A stretch of DNA of 64,000 bases, taken from the NCBI RefSeq assembly GCF_009914755.1, contig NC_060945.1, one strand, 5' to 3'. How positions within the stretch are numbered: position 1 is the stretch's first letter; each line of letters starts with the position of its first letter. The DNA is from the human T2T-CHM13v2.0 reference genome, Homo sapiens. Below are positions 28,886 through 50,271 of the stretch, one piece after another. The notes below the pieces were generated by a model. That model worked only from the letters and a program-made list of their open reading frames with translations, was not told the origin of the DNA and searched no databases. A program made the translations under genes and the position numbers.

Positions 28886-31800
28886 TTTGACTTTGAACAG
28901 CATCTCTGGGTACCATCTAACATATTATTATATCCAGTTGTGTCAAATCTGTCATCGGCCATAGAACCCTTTGACAGGTGCTTCTTGTTGCTTCAGTTCT
29001 AAGTATTTCATAGTCTTCAGAGACATGGAGAAGTAGCAGTGCTAGTAACAGTACTAGTGAAACCAGGTTAAGCCCTAAAATAATTAAGAAGCCATTGCAT
29101 GCACACACGTGAACGTTTGACTTCAGCTAAAATGCTTTCAAATGTACTATTTTATCTTTATACAAGGCCATAACACAAATTACAATTTTAAAAATACTTT
29201 CACTTTACATATGTGAAAACTGCAGCTCAAAGAATTTAAAAGACAAGATTGAAATCCCATGAGTAGGTAAAGATGGTCAAGTCTGGAGCCCGCATGTCTT
29301 GGTGCCCCCCACACCCTGTTACAGAGAGTGCGAGGCTTCACCAGAAAGCTCTTTCGGCTCAAGGATTAGCTCTGGGGAAGTGCAGCAGGCAGGCCTGCTT
29401 TGCAACCTTTTTTCCAGCAGAAATCCAATGTTTGTTCACGTTTCTAGTTCTTTTAGTTTTGTTTTGTTTCTTACCAGTATGGCTCTGGGAGTTATTTACA
29501 AAATTTAATTTTAAAAGAGACACTCCCCATCATTAGGGTTCCTTGGAAACTTATAAAAAAATAAATAAATACTGGTAGATGAGAAACTTCTGCAAAATTG
29601 TTAGTTATATGTGTAATACATCTAATTGTAACTAAAGAAATGTGTATTACGGTAATAATTTAATTTATTATTGTCATTTTCTTGCCAGATTTGAGGGCAT
29701 TTTTTTAAGCTCTCCACATGTGGTTTACTGTGGACCAAACACTGGCAGCTTCAGGCTTACAATCTGCTGACAAATCCTTCTTAGTTCGTTCACTTTGAAG
29801 AATGTGAGCATGCACTGCTCATGTGCGTGGCAAGCATGCAACCTGATCAGGAGAAGGACAGTGACCACTCACGTCATCAGGTGAACTTGTGACGAGGCCA
29901 TCAAGAGGCTGCACATGTGCTCCAGAAAATGAAATTCCCACTATCAACCTATTTTCCATTTCCACCCAATGGCCCACCCCTGCTCCAAAGCCGTGTCTCC
30001 ACCTCTTAGGAATGCTTGATTTTCAGTATTGCTGAACAGGGGTCAAAGAAAACAAACTGAACAAAGAAACAAATAAAGCCTTTAACCCGGGAGCAAAGAC
30101 ACAGCACCTCCCCACTCCGCAACAGCTCCAGAGCTGCACAGCTGCTGCCAGAGCCTGAGCACAGGCCTGAACTCTGGCCCATGGATCTCACCAATGCATT
30201 TCTTCCCTCTGTGCCAAAAAAAGTATCGATAAATGGGATTCATTTACTTGGGACATAAAATAATGTATACCTATAGTTTTCTCCCAGAACTGTGTAAACC
30301 GGCATGCTGTCTGCCACAATACAGTCCTCACCCTGCATCAGGAGCTCAGATGGGGGAAGCCAGCAGGGCTGGATGCCTGAGAGTCACAGGTGCTTGGAGG
30401 GGAGAGAAAAGCACCACGGAGAGCCAGGCCCTGCCTACAAGTCACATTTCTAGGGGTCTAATGGTCTGGGCAGGCTGGGAGATGCTCTCTAAAGGAAAGG
30501 CAAGAAATATTGCCCCACGTCTCCCACCACCAAACAGAAAGTGCAGGTGGTCAGCCCCAGGGCTCACCTGCCCTTTGCCAGGGTCATGAGTCAGGCCCAG
30601 GCTGCGCCCTCCACACAATCCTCAAGGAGAGTTCCTGCCAGGCTGGGACAACTGCACTGGGACCTGATGCCCTGGGAAGGACAGGGTTGCATTTAACAGA
30701 AACAGCTAAACCTGAAGGGATGAGTTTGCCTTTCCCCGGGGCCATGGGATGGTTTATAGAAAGTTCTACCCATCAGGACAAGACCTCACATGACACCATC
30801 AGAGGAACTGATTTCACGCCACAGAGGGAGGAAGAGGGCACATGCCATAGGTCCACTGGTCACAGCACACACATGCTCCTGGGAGCTTCAGACCCAGCAG
30901 TGTGGCTCAGGTGCCAGGTCAGGATGTGGGAGGACACAGTGTCTGCATGAATCTGTCACCTTTGTTAGCTGCCTTGTCCCACCAGGTAGAAGATGTGGCA
31001 ATTGGAGCACAGCAGTAGGAAGCCCAGTGTCCCCCAACCTTCCACATCATACCCAGGACCTCTGAGGTGCATCTATATCCTGCACATCTAGGCTCTGAAA
31101 AGCAGGAGGTCCTGGTTTCCACAGCTGTGGGGCTTCTAGCCAGGGCAGGGCCAGGTTCTCTGAAAAAAACAAGCTCTGGGTGCTGCTTTGTCCTCAGGCT
31201 GCTCCTCCATGGGACCTGCGGGCAGAAAAATGGGTACCACCTGGACCATGGTGTCAGCAGGAGCAGGGCTGCGCTGCCTGGGGAAGAAAGGGCTCCACGC
31301 AAGTACCTCCTGGTACACAGCACTTGATGGCATGTGGACAAGTGCGGGAGCCCTAGACCAAGGACTCTGTGGTGGGCAAGGCTGAGGGCCCCTTAGGGGT
31401 GAGGGCCTGGGTTACACCACCAGGGGGTCACCAGGACCCTCAGCAGAAGGTGGAGGGGGTGGTGATCATTACCTGTGCAACCCTGAGATGGGTGGCAGCC
31501 ACAGAACCTAGGGTTCATTGAACCCCCCTTTTGTAACTAGTGCCCAGGAAAAGGCCTAGAATTTAATAAAGACAAGGCCCCTGTCAGTGGAGTGCTGGAT
31601 GGGGCGCACCCCCTGGGGCACACCTGAACCTCCCCCAGGGCCTTGGCTGTGAGCTTTGATTGTAGACACACCTATGCCACGGCCCCTTCAGACTGCTCCC
31701 TTCACCTCTGAAAAACCAAACAGGATGCTTCTGTTCCTGGAAACGTGAATGCCCTTCGTGTGTTTTTTACTTTGACTAGAAACTCATCTGCAGCTGAAAT

Positions 31801-34474
31801 ATATGCAGAGACCTCGTGTGCTCCCAAGATTTCCAGGCATCTCTGAGAGTTTGCTTTTCAGTTCCCAGAAGGTGTGAGAGCTCCAAAGCATGTGCTGCTG
31901 GTTTCTCAACTTAGTGTATTTTAGCTCCCTGTGGACAGCATGTTTCTAGCCCCCTTGCACACGCTTGGATCGGATTTTTGAAAAAGCCAAGGGTGGGAGG
32001 CAGAATGATGTGGAATGGGCAGAAACTATGACTAAAGGCTGGCCTCATCCCAGGAGGAGATAGAATGCATTAGCCCAGTGACAGTGCCAGGGAACCCATG
32101 CAGCAGCCTAGGGAAGGTCATGGAATGGAGCTGGGGTTTCGGCTGTCACCATCCCAGGGTTAGACTCAGCCAGGTGAACAGCTGATTCTCCTCCACAGAA
32201 CCCTTGGGCTGGCACAAAACATGCAATTCACAGTGAGAGAAAGACCATTCCTGTCCACCCCTTGTAGCCTCCACACACCTGAGCCCATACCTGACATATC
32301 CCAGAACAAGACTCCACAGCTATGCATCTGTTCTCTCCAGGGCATTTTATGATGAGAGAGGGATTTACTTAATATGATGAAAATAGAAGAGGAAATGACC
32401 TTGACAAGTACATAGTTCCACACCCGCCATCCAGAGCCTAGGAATAGTGCTCAGCCAGGGCCCGGCCCTTCTAGGGCTCTGGGAAGCTGCAGTGAAGGTG
32501 GGGTTGGGACAAGCAAGAGTGGCCATTTGCAGGCAGTGTGGGCACCAGGCCATCTGCAGGGGAAAAGCCCAGTGGGAGGATGAGACGACAGCAGAAACCT
32601 CGCAGGGGCTATGCACCCCCTCCCCGTGGGAAGGGGATACCCTCCCAGGTGGAGCCACTGTTTACATTGAAATCACTCAAGTCCATCACCAGGAAACACA
32701 AAGAGGACTGTCTTGCCAGAGATTAGTGATCTGGGACTTAAACAAAATGCCAGTCAGCAAATGAGAGGATTCTTAGTTCCACAGGCCTCATGTCTATAGT
32801 TGCAGTAAGCAAGACTGAACTCAGCCATGCTCACCTGCAGACACTGAGATGCTTGCTAGGAGGCTGTGGGGTGGAATACAAGACACGAGGGCTGACAAGG
32901 ATGGGAAGAGCATCCCTTTCCTGGCTAGGGGCCTTGGCCAATTCAAAAATAGATAACATGGGGTCTCAGAGCTCCTGAGGCAAGAGCTACGTAGGCATTC
33001 AGAGATACCTGGATGATGGCATTGTCTTCAGTAGAACCTTGAAAAAGCACCAGGGACTCCCAGGCAACTTAGCTTAAATCTGTCTTGAGTAGAGCTGGTC
33101 TTTGGGATCTCCATCAAGTGGGTGATGCCTTTACCACCATGATAGCACATTATAAAGTTGGCCTTGCTAGCAGCAGGGACAGGCCTGATGTCACTGATCC
33201 TGAGGCAAGCATCTTATAAACCCATATAATTTAATTTTGCATAGGCTCAAGCTCATCACTGAGATCATCCTTTGTATGATGATCCATGAGGCCACCGTGA
33301 ACAGCATGGATGGACCCAGGCCATGGAGGGGCCCTCTTCATCCTGGATGAGGAGCCCACAGTGGCCATTGCCCCTCAGTCAGAATAAAATCAAGACAAAA
33401 GCAATCAGAAGACCCATACACCATGAGGCTGAGCCATTTTTCAAAGATGTCAAAATAGGAAAATACTAAAATGGAAGAAAACCCAGAATCCCATCCCCTG
33501 ACTTGCTCCAGAGGCCTCCCCAACTCCAGGCCACCAGGAGCAGGGGCCCTGCAGAGGAACTCTCCCTGGGTAGAAATTCGCTGGTTTTTGCCTTCCACCA
33601 GATGTTGGCAACTTCAATTTCATCTTTTTTGGCATTAGAGCTAATGTTAAAATGACTCAGGTCAAAAAAGAGTGATGTGCTGCAGCCCTGACAATGCTCC
33701 CAGTGAGAATTTGTGCAAAACTCTTCCCTGGATCTACAAAACCAGGTCCAGGCAGGGTGTTGGGGCTGTGACGACTGCATCTCTGCCTCCTCCTCTCTGC
33801 AGTGCGGCCTCTTCACAGGCAGAGCATTCATTCCTCTTTAGCTTCTCACCAGCCCAGGATGCAGGGAAGAAGTAGCTTATCAGCACAGTCTTGGAATATT
33901 TTTACCTTACCAGCTGGGCTCCTATGAACAATGTGTCCAGCTATAGGTAAACAATGTGTGCAAATAATGTGAGAGTGACAGCACCATGTCAGAACCATGC
34001 AAGAAGCTGGCCAGAGGCACAAGCAGCAGATGGGATGCTGATGGGGGTGACCAAAATACAGTATGGGGCAGCTGCGTGCCATGATCAATCTGCAGGGGTA
34101 GGGAAAAAAATAACTCTCGGCCTGGCTAACATTTGCGTGGGGGAACAGTGACCCAAGTCCCCAGGAGAACGTTGAAGAGAACCACGGTTTATTGTGAAAG
34201 GGAAAAGTAACCGCAGAGGCAGAGTTTTCTTTCTGCTTCTAAGCAGATGGGAGGGGTGTAGCCTGCAGAACCAAGGGTGTGGGGGTCCTAGAATGTTGTT
34301 GGTGGTTGTTCAGCAAAGGGCTTCGCTTCTCGGCCTGCAGAACTTTCCGCCCGTGAGTGTGGGTTACATCTATACATACACAGGAAATCATATACTCCCA
34401 CTCAGCCACCCACATCTAAACATGGTAGTATTAGGAAAAATAGGAAAGCAACATCCTACTAGATTACATTGTTT

Positions 34475-34805
34475 ACAGTGAAACCATTTAAGCCCCTGAG
34501 CCTCTGTGTCACCAATTAACACTGTGTGTAAGGAGAATGCCTGCCCCGTGGGGGTTTGTAAAGACAAAATGTAAAAATAAAATGTAGGCTGGGTGCGATG
34601 GCTCACGCCTGTAATCCCAGCACTTTGGGAGGCCGAGGAGCACGGATCACGAGATCAGGAGATCGAGACCATCTTGGCTAACATGGTGAAACCCTGTCTC
34701 TACTAAAAAAATAAATAAATAAATAAATAATAAATTATAAAATAAAATGTAGTGTGCTTGGTAAACTAAAGTTCTAAATAAATATTAGTTGTTACTATTA
34801 CTATG
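34475..34805 (+). mobile_element. MIR split by an Alu monomer
   Basis: ccatttaagcccctgagcctctgtg...gtttgtaaagacaaaatg / tgtgcttggtaaactaaagttctaaataaatattagttgtt. Confidence 0.55.
34587..34737 (+). mobile_element. AluY-type left arm only, with (TAAA)n tail and TSD
   Basis: ggatcacgagatcaggagatcgagaccatcttggctaaca; aaaataaaatgtag on both sides. Confidence 0.9.
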
Positions 34806-37107
34806 TCAGAAGTACTAGTCACAAGACTGGAATACTTCACTTGAATAAGAACTCAGTGCAAAGAAGTTGGACAAATCGGTGAGTTTGAAACTGCAACAGG
34901 ACTAAAAATATGCCAATTAATTTATTAATGTATTCATATTTATTAACTTATTTATATTCAAATGAATTAAATATTTAGTGCATGCTTGGACCTGGGAACA
35001 CACAGCCATCAGTGCCACACGAACTCTGTCCTCACTGCAGTTGTTTTCAGATGACCTCAGAGGAAAATAAGAGGGAAACCACTGGCAATTTCCTTCCGTT
35101 GATACCTTAGCTGACTACATAGCTCATGTTAGGTCGGTCTTAATGAGGAAATCAGAATATTCGGGGCTTCAGTATTAAAACTACAAATCTCTATAGCAAG
35201 CATTCAGAGCTCTTTGGATTAGACATCAGTGGCTGCAGTAATGTTACCTGAGAAACCCACACACTTTCTGAACACTGGCATGAGTATCCTTTCCTTTCGG
35301 TCCACTATATATGGAAAAACACTTTCACCCATCACCCTAAGTGTCCCAAACTGCAGAAGAGGCAGATAGTAGCCAGCTAGTCCCTGTCAAAGGCCCATTG
35401 CCTTTTTCTGGGTCAGCCTGGTCCACCCAGCCTGAGGTGCTCTCTGAGACAGCCTAGCCACCACGCCACATGCCCTTCAGCCTAATCAGAGCATCAGGAT
35501 GCTGTGCACGGCCATTAGCTGGGGTGACTCAGAATTATCTGCTGTAGAACAGGGCTCTGAGTGAAGGATGTGGTCACTCAGACCACATAGATGGTTCAAG
35601 CTCTTACTCCTCTGTCAGCTCAGAGCCTGCACAGTGGAAAGGAAGTGCATCTATTGATTTCTTGGCCAAAAGAACTAGTTAATACATTTTTAAAAACTTT
35701 GACATTTTGTTTTAAAGCAACAGTGGGCCTTGTTTAACTAAAATCTCATTTCTCCAGCCTAATTTTGCTGGAAAGGCCCCAAACCAAGGCAAGCCCCTGG
35801 AGGAGAGAGAGCAGCTAGGATGCTGGCACCAGATGGCTTTGTTCCCCAGCCTTCAATATACTCAGTTAGAAAATAACCACATCAGAGGTTTGATAAGATT
35901 ATCCCCCAGGCCATTTTTCAGGTCTAAATGTTACCATATTTTATACGAGAATACGGTATTTGAATCAACTCTCAGGGGACCCAGCCTTCAGGAGACACTG
36001 AAGGAATACAGACATTTTTTCTAGCTTCAAAAGCATGGTTTGCAAACTGGCTTGTTCTTTGCCGGAGAAAACCACACACGTGGCCATTGACGCCCTTGAT
36101 TGGCAGAGTTGATGGGATTTTCTCTGGCTCTCACCTTGAGGGCATCATCAGCATCCTGAAGTCACTTGCAGGCCTCTGTGCAGATGTCCTTTCGAGGGGC
36201 TTCAGGCTGTGGAAGTGACCAGTGAACACAGGACCTGCCTGGACTCCCAGCCTCACAGCACAGCACCACAGCCTGGACTGCCCTCTGCCTGATACTTGCT
36301 TGGTTTGGAACTTTACTCCATCAAAGCATCCAAATAAAAATATGTAGACTCCCCACCCTATCCCATCTGCTATAGGGTTCTAATTCCCCCACAGCCATCC
36401 CATCACAGTGCTTTCCCCCATGACGGGGGACCCCTGCCCTGGACTCCATCCCTCCCCTACTGGAAAAGCACAGGTGCTGTGGCATGAGTTCAACCGACTG
36501 AAATTCCCTGATCTTCACAGTAATAATTCTAAAATAGGGCAACAATACCCCTGTCAGTGTTCTTGGAAGAACCTCTCATTACTTGAGGCCCCAGAAATGC
36601 AAACACCCTCCTGTTTTCCAGTGTGCTGTCAACCCTGGCATCAGAGCTGTTCCTGCCATGGACACTGGTAATTGACTTACTGGAGAAAGTCAAGCTTTTA
36701 AGTCCCAGGAATAAAGGGTTCCTATTTCCTTAAGCTGTGTTTATTTTTACACCATTGCTGGTAGAGTCAATGTGTACTGAGTGAAGATGAGGCAAAAGTG
36801 TCAAAGAGTGATTTCCAATAAGATGAAAAGTGATCTGCAGTTTCCACTTCCTTAACCAGCAGGAAACGTCTCTCCTGTAGCAACGGACAGTGGAGGCAGT
36901 GGCGCTCAGTGTGGGGCCTCCTGGCTGAAGGAGGGGACAATATGGTGTCCCATCTCCCGAGATGCTGTATGCACCTCACCTGGCTGGTGATTTACTTGAA
37001 AGAAACCCATGTGTGGAGTAGGGAGTGCTGCCTTTGGCATCTACCCATGTCCTGCTCTGGACTCTGCCTCTTAGCAAGGGTGACTTGTGGGCCCAACTCA
37101 CCTGGTG

Positions 37108-37190
37108 GCTGTGAGCCACTGCACTCCAGCCTGGGCAACAGAGTGAGGCCTTGTGTGAAAATAAAATAAAATAAAATATAAAAATAAAAA
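37108..37190 (+). mobile_element. Alu 3' fragment with A-rich tail
   Basis: gtgagccactgcactccagcctgggcaacagagtgag...aaaataaaataaaa. Confidence 0.8.
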
Positions 37191-37191
37191 T

Positions 37192-37492
<301 letters not shown>

Positions 37493-37804
37493 GACTTTAA
37501 GTCATTCATCAATTTTATGTATCTACTATTTCTTCTCCCATTCCATAAAGCCTACAGTCATACAACAGAAAGGGAAAATCAGGACAGCCACATATAAATA
37601 AAGGTGCAAAGTTGAGGCAGGAGTGGACCTTAAGGGCCAAGCAGAGGTCATTGCTGAGCCCTGGTCATTTAGCCCTGGGCTTTCTGGAAGCCAGAGTGAA
37701 AAGAGAGACACAATCAGCTGCATAAGAGTTATCAAAAAGCAGGAAGCGCGCTGGTTTTCCTGGTAGTAAAGCAAGGGCTTTCCAAGAATTTACCTCTAAA
37801 GTAA

Positions 37805-38099
<295 letters not shown>

Positions 38100-38144
38100 T
38101 AAAGTAATTTCTTACTTGAGATTTTATTTCAGGCTACTGTGTCA

Positions 38145-38830
<686 letters not shown>

Positions 38831-39094
38831 AACTTTACAACAGATGCAGGAATAGATTTCATTTGACTAGTTCTCCCAGTTTCCAGAAAAATCAAGGGTA
38901 GAATGTTAAAAGGCAACTCAGAGGTGAATCTGTTAGGGCCTACGGTAATGCAATCCTGGTTTGTGGAATTCCGCAGGCTAGTGTGGGTAGGTTACAATTT
39001 TGGGGGGAGGGCTTTATTTTGTTTGAAAATTCACTTCTTCCCGCTAAGCTTTTGATTAGGAGCTGAAGTTGAATCAGTTTGAAATTGTATTCTG

Positions 39095-39412
39095 GATCGA
39101 GTGCGGTGCTTCATGCCTGTAATCCCAGTGCTTTGGGAGGCCGAGGTGGGTGGATTGCTTGAGCCCAGGAGTTCGAGACCAGCCTGGACAAAATGGCAGA
39201 AACTCCATGTCTACAAAAAATACAAAAATTAGCCGGGCATGATGTTCTGCGCCTGTAGTCCCAGCTACTCAGGAGGCTGAGGTGGGAGGATCGCTTGAGC
39301 CCAGGAGGCGGAGTTTGCAGTGAGCTGAGATGTCACTGCATTCCAGCCTGGGAGACAGAGCCAGACTCTGTCTCAAAAGAAAAAAAGAAAAAAAAAAAAG
39401 AAAAGAAAAAAC
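39095..39412 (+). mobile_element. Alu (AluJ-like), full length
   Basis: Perfect 14 bp TSD gaaattgtattctg (39081-39094 and 39413-39426). Confidence 0.95.
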
Positions 39413-39639
39413 GAAATTGTATTCTGAATACATCTTCTAAAACACTACATTTACTTGCACTATATTAAACTGGTTTTATCCTGACCACAATTGCAGGTGA
39501 AAGATACCACTGTTGTTCTATTTTTCTGGTAAGTAGAGTGAGCCATGTCTTCCCCAGGGAAAGACGCCTCCTAAAAATTTGTAGGACCACCTTTGGTTTT
39601 CTTCCAGATATTTTTTTTGTCATCGCTTTTCCTGCGCCC

Positions 39640-40560
39640 AATTCCCATCTGTCTAGCCCTTCTGCCTCCGCTCGTCTTTTTCGCGAGCCTCTCCCCAGCC
39701 GCAGGTATTCGTCTGGGCTGCAGCCCCTCCCATCTCCTGGGGCGTGACCACCTGTCCAGGCCCCGCCCCCGTCCAACCCGCGGAGACCCGCCCCCTTCCC
39801 CGGACACCGGGTTCAGCGCCCGAGCGTGCGAGCGCGTCCCCGCTCGTCGCCCGGCTCGGCGTCGGGAGCGCGCTCTGTGTGGTCGCTGCTGCAGTGTTGT
39901 TGTGGCTGTGAGAAGGCGGCGGCGGCGGCGGAGCAGCAGCCGGACCAGACTCCCTAGTAGCTCAGGCGCTGCCCTGCGCCGGCCCTGGCAGGGAGCCTGG
40001 TGAGATGGTGGAGGAGGAGGCTGTGCCGTGGCTGGCCTTGCTGTGTCCTGCTGCCTGGTTAGAACCCCATCCCCGTCCCCCGTCTCCTCCGGGGGGTGAG
40101 GAGGAGCTGGAAGAGGGGCCGGCCTCTGTCCGGCCCGGCCAGGCGGCCGTCACCCTCTGAGGAGGCAGCGCCCGGGGAGGGGCCTCCCAGGCGGCCGCCG
40201 CCGCCAGGGGGAGGCGCTGGGAGTGGGAGTGGGAGCGGGACCTCAGCTGCCAAGCTCGGCCCGGACCCTAGGTGCGGGGGAGGCGGGGTCCCGGGCTCGG
40301 GCTGCCTGCCCGGACCTGGCGGGGATGGGCCCGTGCGGCTCCGGGTGTGGGACGTACCCTCAGAGCGCCCGGGGTTATTCCCACTGACTCCAGGGAGGTG
40401 AGTGTGCGCCCTTCGCTCCCTGCCGTGTCTGTGAGGGTCCATCGTTGCCGGAGACTGGAGGTCGGGGGCCATGGGAGCCCCGGGGCGAACGGTGCGGACA
40501 TGGGCCTTGTGGAAAGGAGGAGTGACCGCCTGAGCGTGCAGCAGGACATCTTCCTGACCT
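39640..40560 (+). promoter_or_regulatory. CpG-island promoter and probable first exon of a non-coding or pseudogene transcript
   Basis: Dense CpG, GC boxes (ccccgcccc at 39761, cccgcccc at ~39787), (GGC)5 at ~39915, consensus donor GAG|GTGAGT at 40398; no recognisable protein frame. Confidence 0.75.
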
Positions 40561-41059
40561 GGTAATAATTAGGTGAGAAGGATGGTTGGGGGCGGTCGGC
40601 GTAACTCAGGGAACACTGGTCAGGCTGCTCCCCAAACGATTACGGTGTTATTTCTCCGGTAGAAATTTTGCTTGGTGTATGGCACTTCCGGACCCATAAG
40701 ATGATGTCAGTTGTATTTTGGGCTGGAAAAATTATGTCAAAATTATGGGGTAGATTTTATGGCCACATTAATAGACTCCCCTGGAGTTTGATAATCTCAC
40801 TTGTGAGTTTTGGACATGAACTACTATTACATATTGATGTTCGAATGTCGTTTCCAGACCCAGACCTAAATTCTTACTGTTCTAGTATCTTGATATCCAC
40901 TTTGTTTTCTGACATCTATTTTTCCACAACCCAAACAAACAAAACCCCAAAACCATATACTTTTCCAGTTGAGGTTCAACTTTCTCACAGTAAATCCCTT
41001 CCCATCTGGGATTACAGGAGTAATAGCAACACAGTGTGTGTTTATAGATAGCAGCAATA

Positions 41060-41270
41060 ATACATTTATTATATATAATATAATAAATGTATTAATATTA
41101 TATATTTGTATATATACAAATATATATAATTACATATATTTATTAAATATATAAGTAAAAATTTATTATATATAAATTTTAATTTATATATAAAATTACA
41201 TATATAGTAATATGTATTGAAATACATATTACTATAAATGTAATATGTATTTCATTTGTGTATATGTCAA
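41060..41270. repeat. AT-rich degenerate (TA)n tract
   Basis: Direct reading. Confidence 0.85.
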
Positions 41271-41312
41271 TATACACAAATGGAAGCAATGACTACGTAA
41301 TAAGTGCTAAGT

Positions 41313-41496
41313 CTTTTTTGTTCTTGTTGTTTTGAGATCAAGTGTCACTCTTGTTTCCCAGGCTGGAGTGCAATGGTGCAATCTCGGCTACTGCAACCAC
41401 TGCTGCCCGAGTTCAATCGATTCTCCCCTCAGCCTCCCAAGTAGCTGGGATTACAGGTGTGTGCCACCACACCCGGCTAATTTTTGTATTTTTAGT
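41313..41496 (-). mobile_element. Alu right arm plus linker only (AluS-like)
   Basis: Ends at aatttttgtatttttagta and joins directly to L1. Confidence 0.85.
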
Positions 41497-42080
41497 AATT
41501 TTCCCCAGTGTGTGGCTTGGCTTTTCACTCTCTAAATGGTGTCTTTTGATGAACAGAAATTGTTAATTTTATGAAAGTTTAATTTATCAATTATGGTTAG
41601 TTATAGTTATGTACAATTTGGAAAATCATTGCCTATCCCAACATTATAAAAATAATGTCCTACATTCTTTTTTAAGAGGTTACATTATTTTACATTTCTC
41701 AGCAGGGTCTCAGATCTAGTTGATGTGATTTTTTCAAATCACAAACTCACTTTTGTATAGGGTTTGAGGAGGGGTCAAAATAAATTTTTCCTCATAGATA
41801 TCCAGTTGATCCAGCACCTTTTATTGAAAAGGCCATTCCTCACACTAAATTGTAGTAGTGCTTTTGTCAAAAATCAGGTGACTGTATATAGAAAGGTCTG
41901 TTTCTGATCTGTTTTCTGTTTTATTATTCTAGGTGTCCATGCTTGTTCTAATACCTTACTATTTGATTTACTTTAGCTTTATACCAAGTTTTGATGTTTA
42001 ATCATGTAAATCCTCAACCTTTGTTCTTTTTCAAAGTTATCTTGGCTATTAAATTCTTGGTATTTCTAAATATAGTTTTA
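41497..42080 (-). mobile_element. Old L1M ORF2 fragment
   Basis: gatatccagttgatccagcaccttttattgaaaagg...cttttgtcaaaaatcaggtgactgtata. Confidence 0.75.
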
Positions 42081-42203
42081 AAACAGTGTCAGACAATGCT
42101 TTTTTATTATTTAAAGATGAGATACTAAGTACCTGAACACAATGACAAATTCTGTGATCTTCTGAAACTAACCTCCGGGTGTGAGAATTTGAAGGTTAGT
42201 GGA

Positions 42204-49415
<7,212 letters not shown>

Positions 49416-49772
49416 CAAATTTAGTGGACAAAGTGAGTAGCTATCTTTTCTGCTTTCATCTCACTAAATCTAGTTTAATAATCAGATTGCAATAACATAA
49501 TAAATTTTATAGTAAGATTGTATATAATTACCTATATATTGGAAGACAAGGGAAAATTTATAACTGTGAGTGCTGATGAAGCTAACATATTACCTGCATT
49601 TTGAAGTGTGAATGAACATTCAACAGGAATGCACTTATTTCATGGAATAAGATGTAAGATGTAAGAGATATGAAAGAAAAATATGAGTAATGTAATAAGT
49701 AATGCTTTAAAAAAAAGTAGGGAAGCCATTAATGTACTGTGACTGTTACATTATGTTCAAAATGAGAACTAA

Positions 49773-50127
<355 letters not shown>

Positions 50128-50271
50128 TTAGATCTGTACTTTCTAACAGAGCAACACAACCAGCATTTCTAACAAATGCTGCAAATCTTAAAGACGATGG
50201 TGTTCAGCATAATCTAAGAATACAGAGCATAAAAACCTATTTTGGAAAAAATATTAAAAGCATAATGGTAA

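Noticed and set aside
40096-40401. Gly/Pro-rich 101 aa ORF in the CpG island
   Set aside because: Non-ATG start, GC-driven composition, no protein I can recognise.
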